From: Antedon mediterranea
Lineage: Eukaryota > Animalia > Echinodermata
DNA length: 64,000 nt
Assembly: GCF_964355755.1 (NCBI RefSeq)
Contig: NC_092679.1
Span: forward strand, 10,647,432 to 10,711,431
Direction: 5' to 3'
The notes under the pieces were generated by a model. The model ran no database searches. It saw only the letters and a program-made list of their open reading frames with translations, and was not told the DNA's origin. Position 1 is the first letter of the stretch; every line of letters begins with the position of its first letter. Positions 23,601 through 38,600 of this stretch are shown piece after piece. Position numbers and translations under genes: made by a program.

Positions 23601-26600
23601 TGGCCAAGTGACAAAGATTGCCCAAGATGACATGTTCTGCCTGTTTAACAACGAAGAAGAATTAAACAAATTTCATCGATTCTTTAACTCAAGACACAAC
23701 AGTATAAACTAAATAATAAATAAATAAAATAAGTTTTCTGGAAATATTTATCACAAGACTCTCTAATGGTAAAAGTGTAACATCAGTATTTAGGAAGAAA
23801 ACTTACACTGGTCTCAATTTAGGATATTTTAGTTTCTGTCCCATGTTGTATAAAACAAGATTAATCAATACCCTGCTAGATAGATAGATAGACTGCACAA
23901 AATTAACTTGGATAGATTTACATAAAGACATAAATAATTTGAAAGATATTTTGCTTTAAAATTTCTACCTGATGAAATTGACAAATCAATTAAAACATTG
24001 TTCAATAAAAAGTATATACAAGACATCAATATAAAAAATAACGATGAAAAATATTATTTTAAGCTACTTTTTCTTGAAAATACTTTAGTAGCCACTAGTA
24101 ATAAAATAACCAAATTATGTAACAACTATTGCAAAAATCTAAATATAAACATAGTATTTAATAAAACTAAAATTGGCAATTTTTTCAGTAATAAAGACCC
24201 CATTCCTTTTGATCTTAAATCCAATGTCGTCCATAAATTGAATTGTGGGGGCTGTGATGCCTCTTACATCGGGGAAACTTCCCGACATCTAAAGACAAGG
24301 ATTCAAGAACATATGGGTAGGGATAAAAATTCACATATATACAAACACATTAACAACAATAGGAATTGCCTAGATCAATGCAGCAAAGAAAATTTCAAAA
24401 TTATCGATACAGCCACCAATAGTTACAAATTAAAAATAAAAGAAGCCCTACTGATAAAAAGGAATAAACCATCTCTAAACAAACAAAAAACATGGTACAA
24501 AATCCATCTGAATATTTAAATACTCACATGTATAAAGGTATATATAACAAAAACGTCTAAGAGCGTATTTCATTGTACTGACGATGTTGTTCACAAACAA
24601 CAAAATATGTATGCACAAATGTTTTTATTTTGTTATGCTGTCGGAAGTTCGGCAACATTATTCACGATATCACCTTAAACACGGTGTCAATCAAGGACAT
24701 ATGAATGTTGGAAAAGAAAAAATCCGTAACAGCAACAGCTGATATTAACTACTTTTAAAATTGTAAAACGTTCAGCATATTTCCAAAATGTATAATAGAA
24801 TTATGTTTTTACTGTATTTGATCTACAAACAGGAGGGAAAATTTACTGTACATGCATCAGGGAGACACGTTGCCGGAACACTGGTATGATACATACGATT
24901 TTTACAGACAGTACCAAGGCCTAGTAAAAAAAACAAAACAATGATGGTAACCTTATCAGACAATTCATTCTCCACATCCTTCTTTACCCTTCTTAACATG
25001 AATGGCTTCAATATCATATGCAGTCTTGACAGTTGATCTAATGATTTAAAAATAATAATATCGTTGACTATAATGTATACGTACGGTAACCAGTAATTTA
25101 GAGATAAAAAGAGTAAATAATCATCATAAAATAATTTCATTTCAATAGAATTAATATTTTTAGTGATCTAATTTGAGATCCTGCTTTATTATTTGTAGAC
25201 AATATCAAAATTCTACTAATGTGATTAGAAATTGATTTTGAGCCTTTTACAAAAATGTGCACAAAATATTTTGTGAGCACACATACAAGTTTTGTTTTTA
25301 ATTGATATCTTACACACAGTTATGAAAATATGATTGAAAAACACCATTTTGCACACAATGAAATTAAATTGTCAGGAAAGTATGTTACAGGCTGTTGTTT
25401 TTACTCATTTATTTCTTGAATTGGATCAACTAAATTGTGTTTATATATATACGTAAAAATTATTTTATACAAATGTCTTTTTCTATGAATTATATTACCC
25501 ACATGTAATTTGATAGATAATTCTTCACCACATTTCTTTTTTTCAGCATAATGTTTTGTCTTGCATGTGCAATAGCAATAAACTAATTTCTTTGATAATA
25601 ACATGGAATGCTTTATGTTATTTAACTTTTAAGCTATCAATCAGTGACAAACAACATCCATACCTTCATTAACTCCTGTTTGCTTTTCTGCATGACTTTC
25701 AATATCCTTGGAAAACCATTCATTAAATTCATCATGACTATCAAACAATGTTGGCATTATAAAATGAAGCAATGCCCAAAGCTGGGGAAAAATGAAAGTA
25801 CAGTAAAATTAACTCTCTTGATTCATTTATTTATTTATATACGTGGGAGGCATTACGTGTATATCTATCTAGATGTCTCAATGCCATACTTTTTCCAAAG
25901 TTTGTTTTTTGTTTTGCATGCATCCCTACATATAGATATGTGTGTGTGTGGTTTTCGGCTATGAAATTGTATTGAATTGTACTGGACTACCTATTAATGG
26001 AGTATCAAAATAATTAGGAATATACTGGGAATGTTTTTAAATATATTGGAAAACTGCCAAGGATTAGGGAGGGGTTGCGAGTGATGGGACAAACATGACT
26101 GGAATTTGTACGGTATGGGGTAGTTGGTAACAAAATGGCTACAATTGTACTGAAATGTACCGAAATGTACTGGGAAGTTTTCAAATTACATTAGATTTTT
26201 GAACTACATTTTTTTTAATGACCCGAGTGCGGGGCAAAGGCAAGTCATCATCTTATCATCATCTTTCTATACTGTGCAGAACCTTCTTTGAGTATCGTCG
26301 CACATGGGTTGGTAACATTTATGTAGCTATAGTCTTCCTAATTTTCCTCCTTTCAACTTTTTCCACAATTTATGTCAACATAAGAGATACAATTTTTTAA
26401 TCTCTCTAATTATGTTGACTCCACAGCCTCTTGAGGAGCTGTTACTCCGCGCCAGTGGCGTTAATAACTCCAGCGGGAGAGGGTAGATTTCATAAGGCTA
26501 ATCCATTGATGCATCAGTGATTTCAACCTCCGGTCAACGTCAGCCAATGAAAAGACACGACCGCAATTAGCAATCTATTCGCGCGGTTTTTTTTAATAGC

Positions 26601-29600
26601 AAAACAATATAGCCTATTCCTCGAGCTAGCCTAGATCAACAGCAACATTCGAATTAAAATGAAACGCGTTACATGGAAAAGTACAGAAGTGGCTGATTTG
26701 ATTTCATTATGGGGCAGTCCTGAATTTATAGATAAGATAGAAATTAGAAATTGGAAAGCTAGCGCCGGCAACAAGATGGCTGTTTTTAAAGAAATTGCAT
26801 CTAAACTGCAAAATTCTTCCCGACGAAGTTGGCGTCGGCGACATGATTTCACAAAATTAATTAAAATCATACAAATAATGGCAAAGTCATTGTCCGTGTA
26901 ATAATTATGTTCGAAATTACTATCTTCTGTAAGGATTTGCAAAAAAATCGGCAAAAAAACCATTCCATTTGAAGGTAACATTGTATTATATTGCTAGGCC
27001 TAGCTGTGTTGTATTCGCGCGTGTCACTCTCAGCTCTGTTGTTGTTATTGTGTGTATGTATCCCATCGGCCGTTTCGGTATGACGGAACTTCTGCTTTAA
27101 ACACAAGACGTTTGAAATGCTAATCGTTGTATCTGAACACCTTGACTTTTAACGCCACGGATTACCGTACACCTTGCGTAGATAACTCCACCGTAACTCC
27201 GTGAGTCTGAACATACCCTTAAACCCGGAAATTACTTTGACCGGGAAGAATTGAAATTGAGATGAAAATCTAATGTTGAAATCATAAATTTTGTTAAAAA
27301 ACTCTTTATAACATCTTCCTAAGATAGAAATATGGAACAATAGCGTCGATGTGAACACTAATGTTATCAAATCTACGTTTCGCGGTACATCTCAGATAGA
27401 TAAGGTAGGTATCCAAGGCGGAGATTTGTACCGAAGTTTTTGCATTGTGCTCGCCTATGTCAGAATTAACCATAATTTATATAAAGATGCACTGTTAAAC
27501 TATATACTTTTAACTTTAATATATAAACATTTTAAGGAAGAAAGTTAAAGTTAAGTTTGTTATTTCGGCCTAAATATCATAATTTGCTTGATTGTCGAAA
27601 TTAATTTTGTTAAATTTAATATGCAATTAATGATGACTTAATCAACTTTTTTTCTCTTAATTTCATAATAAATCATACATATGATTGATACATTCACTTT
27701 AAGAAAATTAAATGCAAAATAAGTGTTACCGAGCATTCTGACGATCTCATTAATTTTAAAATTTAGCATATTTTCACCATTTTGTTAAATTACACATGCG
27801 TAGCCTGGCACTTTTGACATGCTTCTATAACACAATTTCGAGTTGAAAAGTGATGATGATATTATTAAAGAAAGGTTGTAACAAAAATTTTTTTATAATT
27901 GCCTGAAACGTACTTTAATTGCATCAAAAATAAATTTGAAAATTTTAAGCGTGTGTATGCATGCGTTATACTGTATGTGCTACACACACAATTTATTGCC
28001 ATATGATGAAATATGACTTAGCTAGATGAAACTGATATCAAGATAATTGACGGACAAAAATAGAGCTAAGGAAAGAATAAATAAATAAAGATTCTGACAG
28101 AATCAATAAGGTTATGCTTGATAATGCATAACCTAATAAAATAAAATAGTAGAAAACATCATATCCAGCAATGCAGTTAATTTAAACAAATACAAACTAG
28201 TGGGGTTCCTTAGCTCTAAAAAAGGGAAAATTCACAACTTTTAAGATTTGAGGCCATTTAAAATTTGACCATTGACCTCAGATAAAGTAACTAACTCGTA
28301 AAACGTACTTAGAAACACGAAAAAAATGGCAAAAGATGCAGAAGTACTACTTTCTATTCATGTTTAATAGAAACTTATGAATTTAACTCAATACCTTCAA
28401 AATGGAAAAAGGTGCACTAATATGATATTTACTGTGTGTTAACCTTTAGTATTGGTGACTTAATTAACATCATCACTACAGTAATTATGTAAAAAGGGAA
28501 ATCATTCCATTTAATTATTATGCTGTTTGTATCTTAAATTTAAAAATAATTGTAATGCAACCTTCTCACAAAGATTTACTTTAAAGGCAAATGCAGTCGC
28601 AGACTCCTCCAACAACCAACCCACTCCACAAAAAAAACCTTACTTACTTTAAGGATACCAGTATAATGTTTTTCAGAGGATTAAAAATAGCTCCTTGTCA
28701 AGTAGACTGGGGTTACCTTTTATTACACACATTGTATAATGTAGCCTACAAAGTTATTTGCAAAGATAAGAATTACGTTCCTACAAATTTGAACTCTACA
28801 CTCTCTATAGGATTAATTAAAATATAAAAATAAAAAAACATTAGCGGCCTTGGTAAATTCACCTAATAATAATTATTTTTAAAAATATGAGAACACTACG
28901 CCTCCAGATTGCTTGAAATTGCACTCGTAATCAATATTACAGCAAATACATATAAAACATTATGGGGTTTTGCATTGAAAATAAGGGGGACAATCCCAAA
29001 AAAATATATGTGGGGGTGGGAGAAGCTAAGTCTGTGTGAGTGAATAATCAGAACAATGTTTAAATGGACTTTAACAGATGGACTTGGAATGTTTAGGCAA
29101 TTGATTAGAACATTGGCCCAAACACAACCAGCTTGATGATAGGCAGACCGGGAAGAGTGAAATAGGGTTTAATGTTGTTCAGGGCTTCTTTAGTTGGTGG
29201 TATGTTTTTATATGATTGCTGATTTTTGGAGAAAAGATTAGCATCAAACAAATGAAATGATTCCCCTCAGAATTCTGATACGCTCAAGACTGAGAAAGGA
29301 CAATACGGTATTGTTTTTTTTATTTTATTTTTTTTAAATTTTTTATTCAATCGAAACCAACAGCGATAATTACCGCCACTAACAGGTTTGATGTGATGGA
29401 CTTTGACCAGATTGAAGTAGTACTTCTGCATCCTTTGCCATTATTTTCATGTTTCTAGGAAGTGCGGTTTATGAGTTTTGAGGTATCGGACATTATCTGA
29501 GGTCAAAGGTCAAATGGCCAAAAAACTTAAAAGTTGCAAATTTTTTATACAAGTTGTCTACCAAGTTTTATGCTTCTTACCAAATTGGAATTATTTTGGG

Positions 29601-32600
29601 TCTAAGGAGCCCCACTATGTGGGGAAAAATTATAAAATCATGTTATAAGTTGATTGTTTGTGATAAAACATTATAAATCTTGAATTTACCTCTGCCATAC
29701 TATTTTGAATTGGAGTGCCTGTGAGAAGTAGACGATTTCGGCAGTTGAAGGAAAGTAATATTTTCCACCTCACACTGAAATAATTTAATGGTAAATTATA
29801 TGATGATGATAGGGTAAAAACATTTTATATTTAATTGGAAATATGAATAATTTTATGTGTGTTTAATTCATCAACATAAGTGGTAGCGACAGGCCATTTG
29901 AGTCTTTTCATGCCTATGATCACTTTCTCATGACTTAACTTCCAAAATTATTAGGTATTTTGACTTCTGTTCATGTCAAGAGCGATAGTGAATGTAGTTT
30001 ACCATGTATATTTATCTTTATCAACTCATTCTTCAGAGCAGTCAGACAAAATGTCTTGTAAAGAATGTTCATGAAATGATGTAGTTCAAACCCTAAAATT
30101 TTCCTTTTAAAAAAAGATCCATCTTTTAAGAGAACACTTAAAAATAATTTTTTCTTAAAAGGAAAATCCTTGAATATTTATTGACTTTAATAAAATACTC
30201 AGTATTTAAGGAAAAATGTTCTTTACTTTTACCTGGTACTACTCTTGATGGCCTGTGCTTCATCCAATATCATATACTGCCATTTAATACGTTGAAAATA
30301 TTTTACATCCTGAACTACTAATTGATAACTTGTAATCAAGATATGAAATTCAGAATCCTCAGTGTGAAACTGTTTTTGGCTCCAAAACTTCCTCAAAACA
30401 CGTCTGTCATGTTGGTTACCCCAGTATGGCAGAGCCTAGGAATAAGATAATAATAATGACATTATTTTTTATATATTATATACACATTTATCTATTTTAT
30501 TCAACCTACTTTACCTTCAGGCGTGGAGAAAACCTTGCACACTCCTGTTGCCAGTTGTGAAGAGTAGATGCTGGTGCAATGATAAGAAAAGGGCCCCATA
30601 TACCTTGATTCTGAAATTAAAATCAATAGAACATATTTGAATTAGCTAAAAGTGTGGGATATGTGTCACTCAACAAGGCTGGGCAGGAATCTATTTAGAT
30701 GTTTTTATAATACAAATAATGAATGTTTATTCGTGGAATGGTACAAATAATGTCATTCGGTGAATGAGGAAAGGTTATATTTTAACTCAGCTTCGCCTCG
30801 TTGAAATAGAACCATTCATCATTCACCTCATGTCATTGTTTGTACCATTCCACTCTTAAACACTCATCATTTGCATACTATGTTGCTTAGTAGAAATAGG
30901 AAAGCTGTAAAATCAGATAAAATACTAGATTTGAACTCATCACAACGAGTTTGGGTTATCATTAGTGTTAACACACAATGTGTAACATGAAATATGCACA
31001 ATGTATGTGTATCTGTAAATATGTTGATATCGCTGAATTGTGTCTAGTTTGTGTCATATAGTATATGTAGTAGTAGTACACTGTAGTGGCAGGCCTTCTC
31101 AGGCGTAGCTGAAGGGGTAGAATTCGTCGATCCAAGGTGGGTTATTATAATAGCATTGTTCTCTTTTGATAGCTGGTAACAATGGTGTATATTTAACACC
31201 CTTCCAATGGAGGCATAGCAAAACAAAGCCCTGTAGTATCGCAATCCAAAAACAATACCTCTCAGTGGTATCATGTGGAATTGCGATAAAAAAACAATAC
31301 CTTTCGAGGGAGAGTGTGCGATAAAAACGCAATACTTCATAGGTTTGTGATAAAAAAACAATGCCGTAATTAATAGCTGTACTATAGTTTATGAATGGAT
31401 GAGTTATTATTATTATTATTATTTATTTCCTTTATTGCATCAAGTAAACAGTGATGAAGTTGACATAAATATTTTAAAAAATTTATCAATTATCAAAGTT
31501 ACTAAAACCTATCATAGTCCACAAATCAGTCTTTCAATGGCCATCATAGTATATCCAGTAACACAAACCAAAAGGGGTTCACAATTTGCTTATCATAACT
31601 CAGTTCCTGATCATTCACCAATCATTGAAAACTCTGTGGAAAGTAATGAAGTGTTTTGTGCGTTGTGTCCTGACTTTGGGGAGGGTGAACGATCTAACGC
31701 GTCGGAGCTTATGGTTGTGTGAATACAAGCACACTGTAAGTGAATAAATGGCTAAATAATTATATTTACTAAAGGGTGAGCTCGCTTCACTCGCTCCCCC
31801 TCTAGGAAGTGTAGACGATGGTTCTCGGAATGATAATGACTTGGGTAAAAAGGACGTTCTCTTTGTACGTTTTCTGTCGGTTACCATAATTGAAAGTGCT
31901 TGACATTCGAAAAACTAAACCTACTCTGTTTCACATTGTCTTAGATGATTTTAAAGTATAGTTTTTATTGTTTGGTATGGCCCTTGGTGAGGAGGCAGAG
32001 TTCATTTGAGGGAGGTGCTTATTCGAGGGATATGTTTATGGCTATCAGGATTTCACTCGATTTTCAACAAAATGTCTTATCAGATCTCCCTATGTAATTT
32101 TATATTACTATTCCCCACAATATATTTCGATGCTTTATGGCGTATATTTAATTTGATCTTTATTAATTTGCAGTATTAATACTGTACCTTCACACACGCG
32201 GTCCAATTCGAAAATAAAAAAAAATCTTAAATGGCTATAGCCACTAACGGCCAACTTAGTTGAAACCAGGTAGTTGCAAGGTGAACTCATGAACTCATCG
32301 TGAACCTGGAAATTACTTTGACCACATACAATTGAAATTGAGTTAAAAATCTACCGATGAAATCAGAAATGTTGTTTTAAATATCTTCTTAAGATAGAAA
32401 TATGGAATATATAATATATATTTATTGTAATAGTGAAAACCAATGTTATCAACTTTACATTTCGCGGTACATCTGAGATAGATTAGGTAGGTATTCAAGG
32501 CAAAGATTTGTCCTGAAGTTTTTCCATTGTGCTCGCCTATGTCAGAATTAACCATAATTTATATATAGATTATCAAACATTGATCAAAATAAATTCCATC

Positions 32601-35600
32601 AGACAAATTAATGAAAACTTACCTCAGCAAGATGAGTAACAAATGCAATGCTCTGTACAGTTTTACCCAGACCCATTTCATCAGCTAGAATACCATTAAT
32701 TCCACAGTCATAAAGGTTGGCTAGCCAGTTCATACCCTTCAATTGGTAAGATTTCAATTGGCCATTGAACATTTTAGGCTGAGGCATCTCATTGTTACTA
32801 AGCAAGAAAGGATTAGCCAGATCAACTACAAAAAAGAAACGATAATTTTTTTTGCATTAATGGTGTTCAAAATTGGTTACTTTTATCAGCTTGAAGATTC
32901 ATTTTCTTTCAGGATCGCATTTAAATTGAACACATACATGAAACTGCAAAAGAGATTTTTTTTTAAACACACTCTATATAGTACTGCAACCCCTCTTAAA
33001 TATTTTCTTATTTTTTTAAATTAGTCTATGGGTACACAGTCTGAATAATAAACAGTAACATTGACTAGTCTAGACAGCAGTTTAACTTATATATTGGTAA
33101 AACGATTAGCATTTTATCACACACCGCGTTTCATAGTATACTACTTAACAATAGAAATGTCCAAGAATTACAGAAATCTACATTCAATCATTTTTTCCCT
33201 TTTTAATATAGCATGGATAAAAGAGAAGTATGCTTCAGCTCAAATGGCATCATAATCAGTTAAGAAGGGAAAACAATTTTTGTTAGTGTTCTGGATATTA
33301 TTGAACTTACATCTTTGAGGAATATCAGCATCAAAAATTGCAGTTTTCTCCTCATGTTTCTTGAAAGCATTCTGAGCATTGTTTAGGGCAAGATCTTTAG
33401 CTTCACTGGAATCTAGATGAAAATAAAACAATTGTCAATTCGACAAAACAACCATCAGTTCATTTCATATAAAAACATAAATTACTGTATAAACAAAGTC
33501 TCAAAGTTGCTTTGTTAATTGATAAGCTTTCTTTACACAAATCAGCAGGTTTTGATACGATAACTACAGTGAGCATTTGAGATTTGCTAGTCCTTGTGTA
33601 GGTGTTAATAATCAGTATACTTTTTACATCTATGTAGACAGGCAAAGAGACTTGGTTAGATAAGCAAGATTCAATATCTGACTATGTAAGTGTTTAGTGG
33701 TTACCTGAAATCAAAGTAAATGGGAGCCTGCCGGGTACTGCTTGAAGGACCATGAAAGGCGCTTAAAAAATGGTACCAGATAGACGTGAGAGATACTGTA
33801 CAGTACAGCTATTAATGACTGCTTCGTTCCCACGAGTAACCTTTTATTACGTTCCCACACTCTCACATGCGATAGCATAGGAAGGTATTGTTTTTGATCG
33901 CGATACTACGAGAGGCTTTATTTTGCTATGCCTCCTATGGAATGGGAATATACACCATTGTTACCAGCTATCAAAAGAGAACAATGCCAATATAATAACC
34001 CACCGTGGATCAACGAATTTTACCCCTTCAGCTACGCCTGAGTAGGCTTGCCTAGCTACAGGCCTTGACTAGGCCCAGAGCCCAGCGATTTTTTATATTA
34101 AATATTGATAAAAATTTCCATTTCGTCGTACAGGAGTTTCTCTAGAAAAATTGATTTAAATCAATATAATCCATGTTAAAATATCACAAAATAATACTAC
34201 AAACAATTGCGTAAAAAGTAATTCTAAATATGGTACTAAATGAACGAATCAGTCAACACCACTAAAATAATATATTCGTTGAATAAAATTCAATAACCCA
34301 TGACCCACATTATAGTGCACCGACGGGGAGCGAAAAAAACATGTGGAACATTGGTGGTTAAGTATGTTGATACAAATTGGAAGAAAAAAAGTTGGCCCAC
34401 TTCACTGAAGTTCACTGGCCATACGAGTGCCGTAGGCCTAGTGTGAAAAATTCTATTTTGCTAATAATACGTCGTCGAATTTAAAACATAGTGACACGAT
34501 GTTTAATTTGAAATTTTTATTGCATTTAAGGCAACATTTGGATGCATTTTATAGGTTTTATTTACGGAAGGCCTAATCTAGTAATACTGCTTGCTAGATT
34601 GGTACTCTGTACACACTCAAAAGTGTAGGGTGCGTGGTACTTTGTTTTTTTTTTTAAACATTAATTGCTAGACTCTGGGCCTAGCTAGCTAGCCTAAATC
34701 AAAATATGAGTATTTTCAATCATTGTTCCCCTTGATTCATTGATAACAATGTTGTTTGTAACACAAAACAATAGATGCAGGGCAAACAATGCCTCTCGTA
34801 GGATTGTAATAAAAAACAATGCAGTTCGTAGGATCGCGATCAAAAACAATACCTCGTAGCCACACATAGCCACAAAGCTGGAACGTGGGTTACGTTGTAG
34901 TAAATTTTAGCTGTACTGTAATTTAACAACAATGAGATGCCCATTGACATCCTCATCCAAAGACAGACAGACATTTTATCCACTGCAATACGGAGGGCCT
35001 AAAAAATGGGGATAGCATAGATGAGAGAGATACCACTCACAAATAATGCCAAATGAACAGGTGAGTTCATACAATACCATGACACCCGCAAGAATGAAAT
35101 AAGCCCACACTTTTTATTTGTCAAAATTGGAATACATTTTAAGAAAATTTGGAGCTTTATCGATTCTCGTTCAACGTCAAATAACTGACGAATATGCATA
35201 TGATATTAAAAGATTCGAAAGATTTCTCTCTCTATGTTTTGAAGTAAGTAAAGTAGTGAGTTTTACAAGATCATTATCAAAGTTTAATGTAATTTATTAT
35301 TAGAAAAAAAGGCAAAATAAATTAAATAAAATAAAAAAGCCTAAAGTGTATAGGTGTCATGAAGATTAGTTATTCTAGAGATGTGGTTATCCAGAGGGTG
35401 TTGTGGTTCCAGAGGGGTTGTCCTAGGGGGCATAGAAGTTGTACTAAAGGGTAGTTGTCTGGGTGGTAGTTGTTCTAGAGGGTATTTGTCCTAGAGGGTA
35501 GTAGTCCTAGGGGGTAGTTGTCCTAGAGGGTACTTGTCCAAGGGGGTAGTTGTCCTAGGGGGTTAGTTGTCCTAGGGGGGTAGTTGTCCGGATATGCTAC

Positions 35601-38600
35601 ATGGGGCAGTTGTCCTAAGGGGTAATTGTCGTAGTGGGTAGCTAGAGGATAGTTGTCCTAGGGGGTAATTGTCCTAGGAGGTAGTTGTCCTAGGGGGTTG
35701 TTGTCCTAAGAGGGTAGTTGCCCCGGGGGTAGTTGTCCTAGAAGGGTGTTTGTACTGGGGTAAATGTCCAGATGGTAGTTGTCCTAGAACCGGTATCTAC
35801 AATATTTAAGATAGCCTGGTACCTATAGTTCATATAACCAAATGTCTCTGGGCTGCCAGTTTAATACCCATCTTCCTAGTAAACTGTGTCAAGTTATCTT
35901 GGTACCAATTATTAACACTTTCACTGCCAAAAATGGAAATCTCCATCTTTAGAAAAACACCACCAGACTGCCAAAGACAGACATTTTCGTTCATACCTTT
36001 TTATTGTAGAATTGGTTAGAGTAAGTATCTATGTACCTACTGTAAAAATGTCAACACTTAATTCAATTTGTACCGCACATATTTTACAATTTTATTGTGA
36101 CCTATTCTCGTTAATCCCAGCTACTAGCGCGTGTGTGTACAGCAAACATGCTTACTACAGATGAAGCAATTGCAGAAATATTTGCCGATTCCATCTCTGA
36201 AAATTACTATTTTCTAGAGGGTGAGCTCGCTGCCCCTCTAGAAAGTGTAGACGATGGTTCTCGGAATGATAATGACTCGGGTAAAAAGGTTTTAGAAGGA
36301 CATTCTCCTGGTACATTTTCTGTTGTTTACCATTATTGAAAGTGCTTGACATTCGAAAAACTAAACCTACTCTGTTTCACAGTGTCTTAAATGTTTAACA
36401 ATCATCATAAAGTATAGTGTCTATTGTTTTGTAGGGCCCTTATAGGGCAGATGTGAGGAGGTGGAGTTTATTCGAGGGATATGTTTATTTTTTCATTTTT
36501 AATAATATGGTAACTTATCCTAACGGGACACAGATAGCCCACAGTTATTCCTGCTAGCTTACTCAATAAAACTCAGCTATCAAGATTTCACTCAATTTTA
36601 AACAAAAGGTCATATCATCAGATCTCCCTATGTAATTTTATAATACTATTCCCAGCAATATACTCCGATGCTTTATGGCGTATATTTAATTTTATCTTTA
36701 TTAATTTGCAGTATAATTTTTATTTTTTAACTACTGTACCTTCACACGCGCGGTCTGATTCGAAAGTAAAACAAAAACTATTAAAATGGCTATAGCCACT
36801 AACGGCCAACTTAGTTGAAACCAGGAAGTTGTAAGGTGAACCTGTAAATGGTGAACTCATCGTGAACCCGGAAATTACTTGGACCGTGTACAATTGAAAT
36901 TGAATTGAAAATCTACTGATGAAATCAGAAATTTGGTGTTAAAACCCTTTATAATATCTTCCGAAGATAGAAATATGGAACAATATCGTAATAGTGGAAA
37001 CTAATGTTATAAAATCTACGTTTCGCGGTCATGTGAGATAGATAAGGTAGGTAAACAAGGCGGAGATTTGTCCCGAAGTTTTTTCCATTGTGCTCGCCTA
37101 TGTCAGAATTAACCATAATTTATATATAGATTATCCACAGATGGTGTTAGTATACTTATATCAAAGTTTGATTTATAAAATGTAATAAATTACGTAAGAT
37201 TTATGTATGTTTAAAGAAAAGAAAAATTCCAGGCCTAGGGACGCTAGCTTAGGCCGAGTACGAGTGTAAACCCCTATTATCTAGCCTTTGTATTTTTAAA
37301 TTTTAGAATATTATTTCAATAAAATATTTGGTATTCTTGGAAAGCTTACAGTATTTGTATGTCTTTATTTTGATGTATAGTACATGTCTATCTGATAAAA
37401 AACACCTCCACTGTGAGCTTTGAAAAACAGATGTATTTAGCAAAGTGTCTGGCGGTGATCTTCCTTAAGCGAGTGGCTGGCAGTGAAAGTGTTAAAAAGT
37501 CTAAATCTTGTAATATTATGTAGTAAAGACAATATTAGACCCATTGCACTTGCTTGTATAATTTTTTTCATGTTAAAGTGAACAAGGCTTCCTTCCAATA
37601 ATAGTGTGAAAATAAATATAATTTGTATTACCATCAAGGAGTAAAGCAAAGACTTTTTTTTAAACAAAAATTTATTTATATGTATTAATTGTAACAAAAA
37701 CTAATTTTAAAGGCATATAACCCAAACATGTAATGTAATATAATAAAAGATCAAAGAGGCAAAAAAAATGTGATACCAAAACACGCTTTTAAATTTGTAC
37801 ATTACCATAATCATCTGCTTCTACATCTACAAGTACACCTCCATCAACCTGCACCTCTCTCATTGGATTATTTTCTTCCAATTTACTTAGGATTTCTTTA
37901 CGATGTCTATCGGTTTCTCCAGTCAATTTGCGACTCATGAAATGTGCATAAAGTTCAGTTTGTGTAATCAAAAAATTTAACTTTCTCTGCTGTCGCTTTG
38001 CCTGTATAATAAATAGAATTGTTTTTTTTAAACATATCTTTCTGATCTGGAAAAGCCTTACTATTGTCAGAAAAATGTTTAAATTATATGATTTGCAATG
38101 TTGTTTTATTTGTTACTTGTTACATTTTATACAATTTTATACACACAGAGTTTAAATGTTTGCAATGAAATTCTTGTTGTACTAGTTTACGACCAAATAG
38201 TACACTATACTACAAAAAATCATCGAAAACAAACCTTTACTAAAAGGCAAGATACACATTCTGTAGCAATAGGGTTTTTTTGGACATCACTATCCTATAA
38301 GCCAGGATGTGTGTGCGAGAGTACAGAAGAATAATTTATAGGTGAAACCAGTATTTTAAAGAAGAACTGTTTATTTTAAGAAGATGAATACATTTATATA
38401 TGTTTTACAGAAGAAAGCAACCGTCTCAAGTCAAATCTACACACTATGATACTGAAAATAAAAAATACCAACCTCTCTTATTTCATCATCTAACTTGCGT
38501 TGTTCAATTGCTTGTTTTTCAGCTTTTCTTCTGTGTTCCTTTTCAACACGATCAAAGTGTTTCCAGTAAGACATCATTTCACGTGTCAATCGTCTTGCTT

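Noticed and set aside
36133-36339. 68-aa ORF with homologous ORFs at 19215-19560 and 31615-31887, suggesting a small gene family
   Set aside because: A chance chimera of a piggyBac N-terminal remnant and the antisense Helitron 3' end; frames are not conserved between copies.
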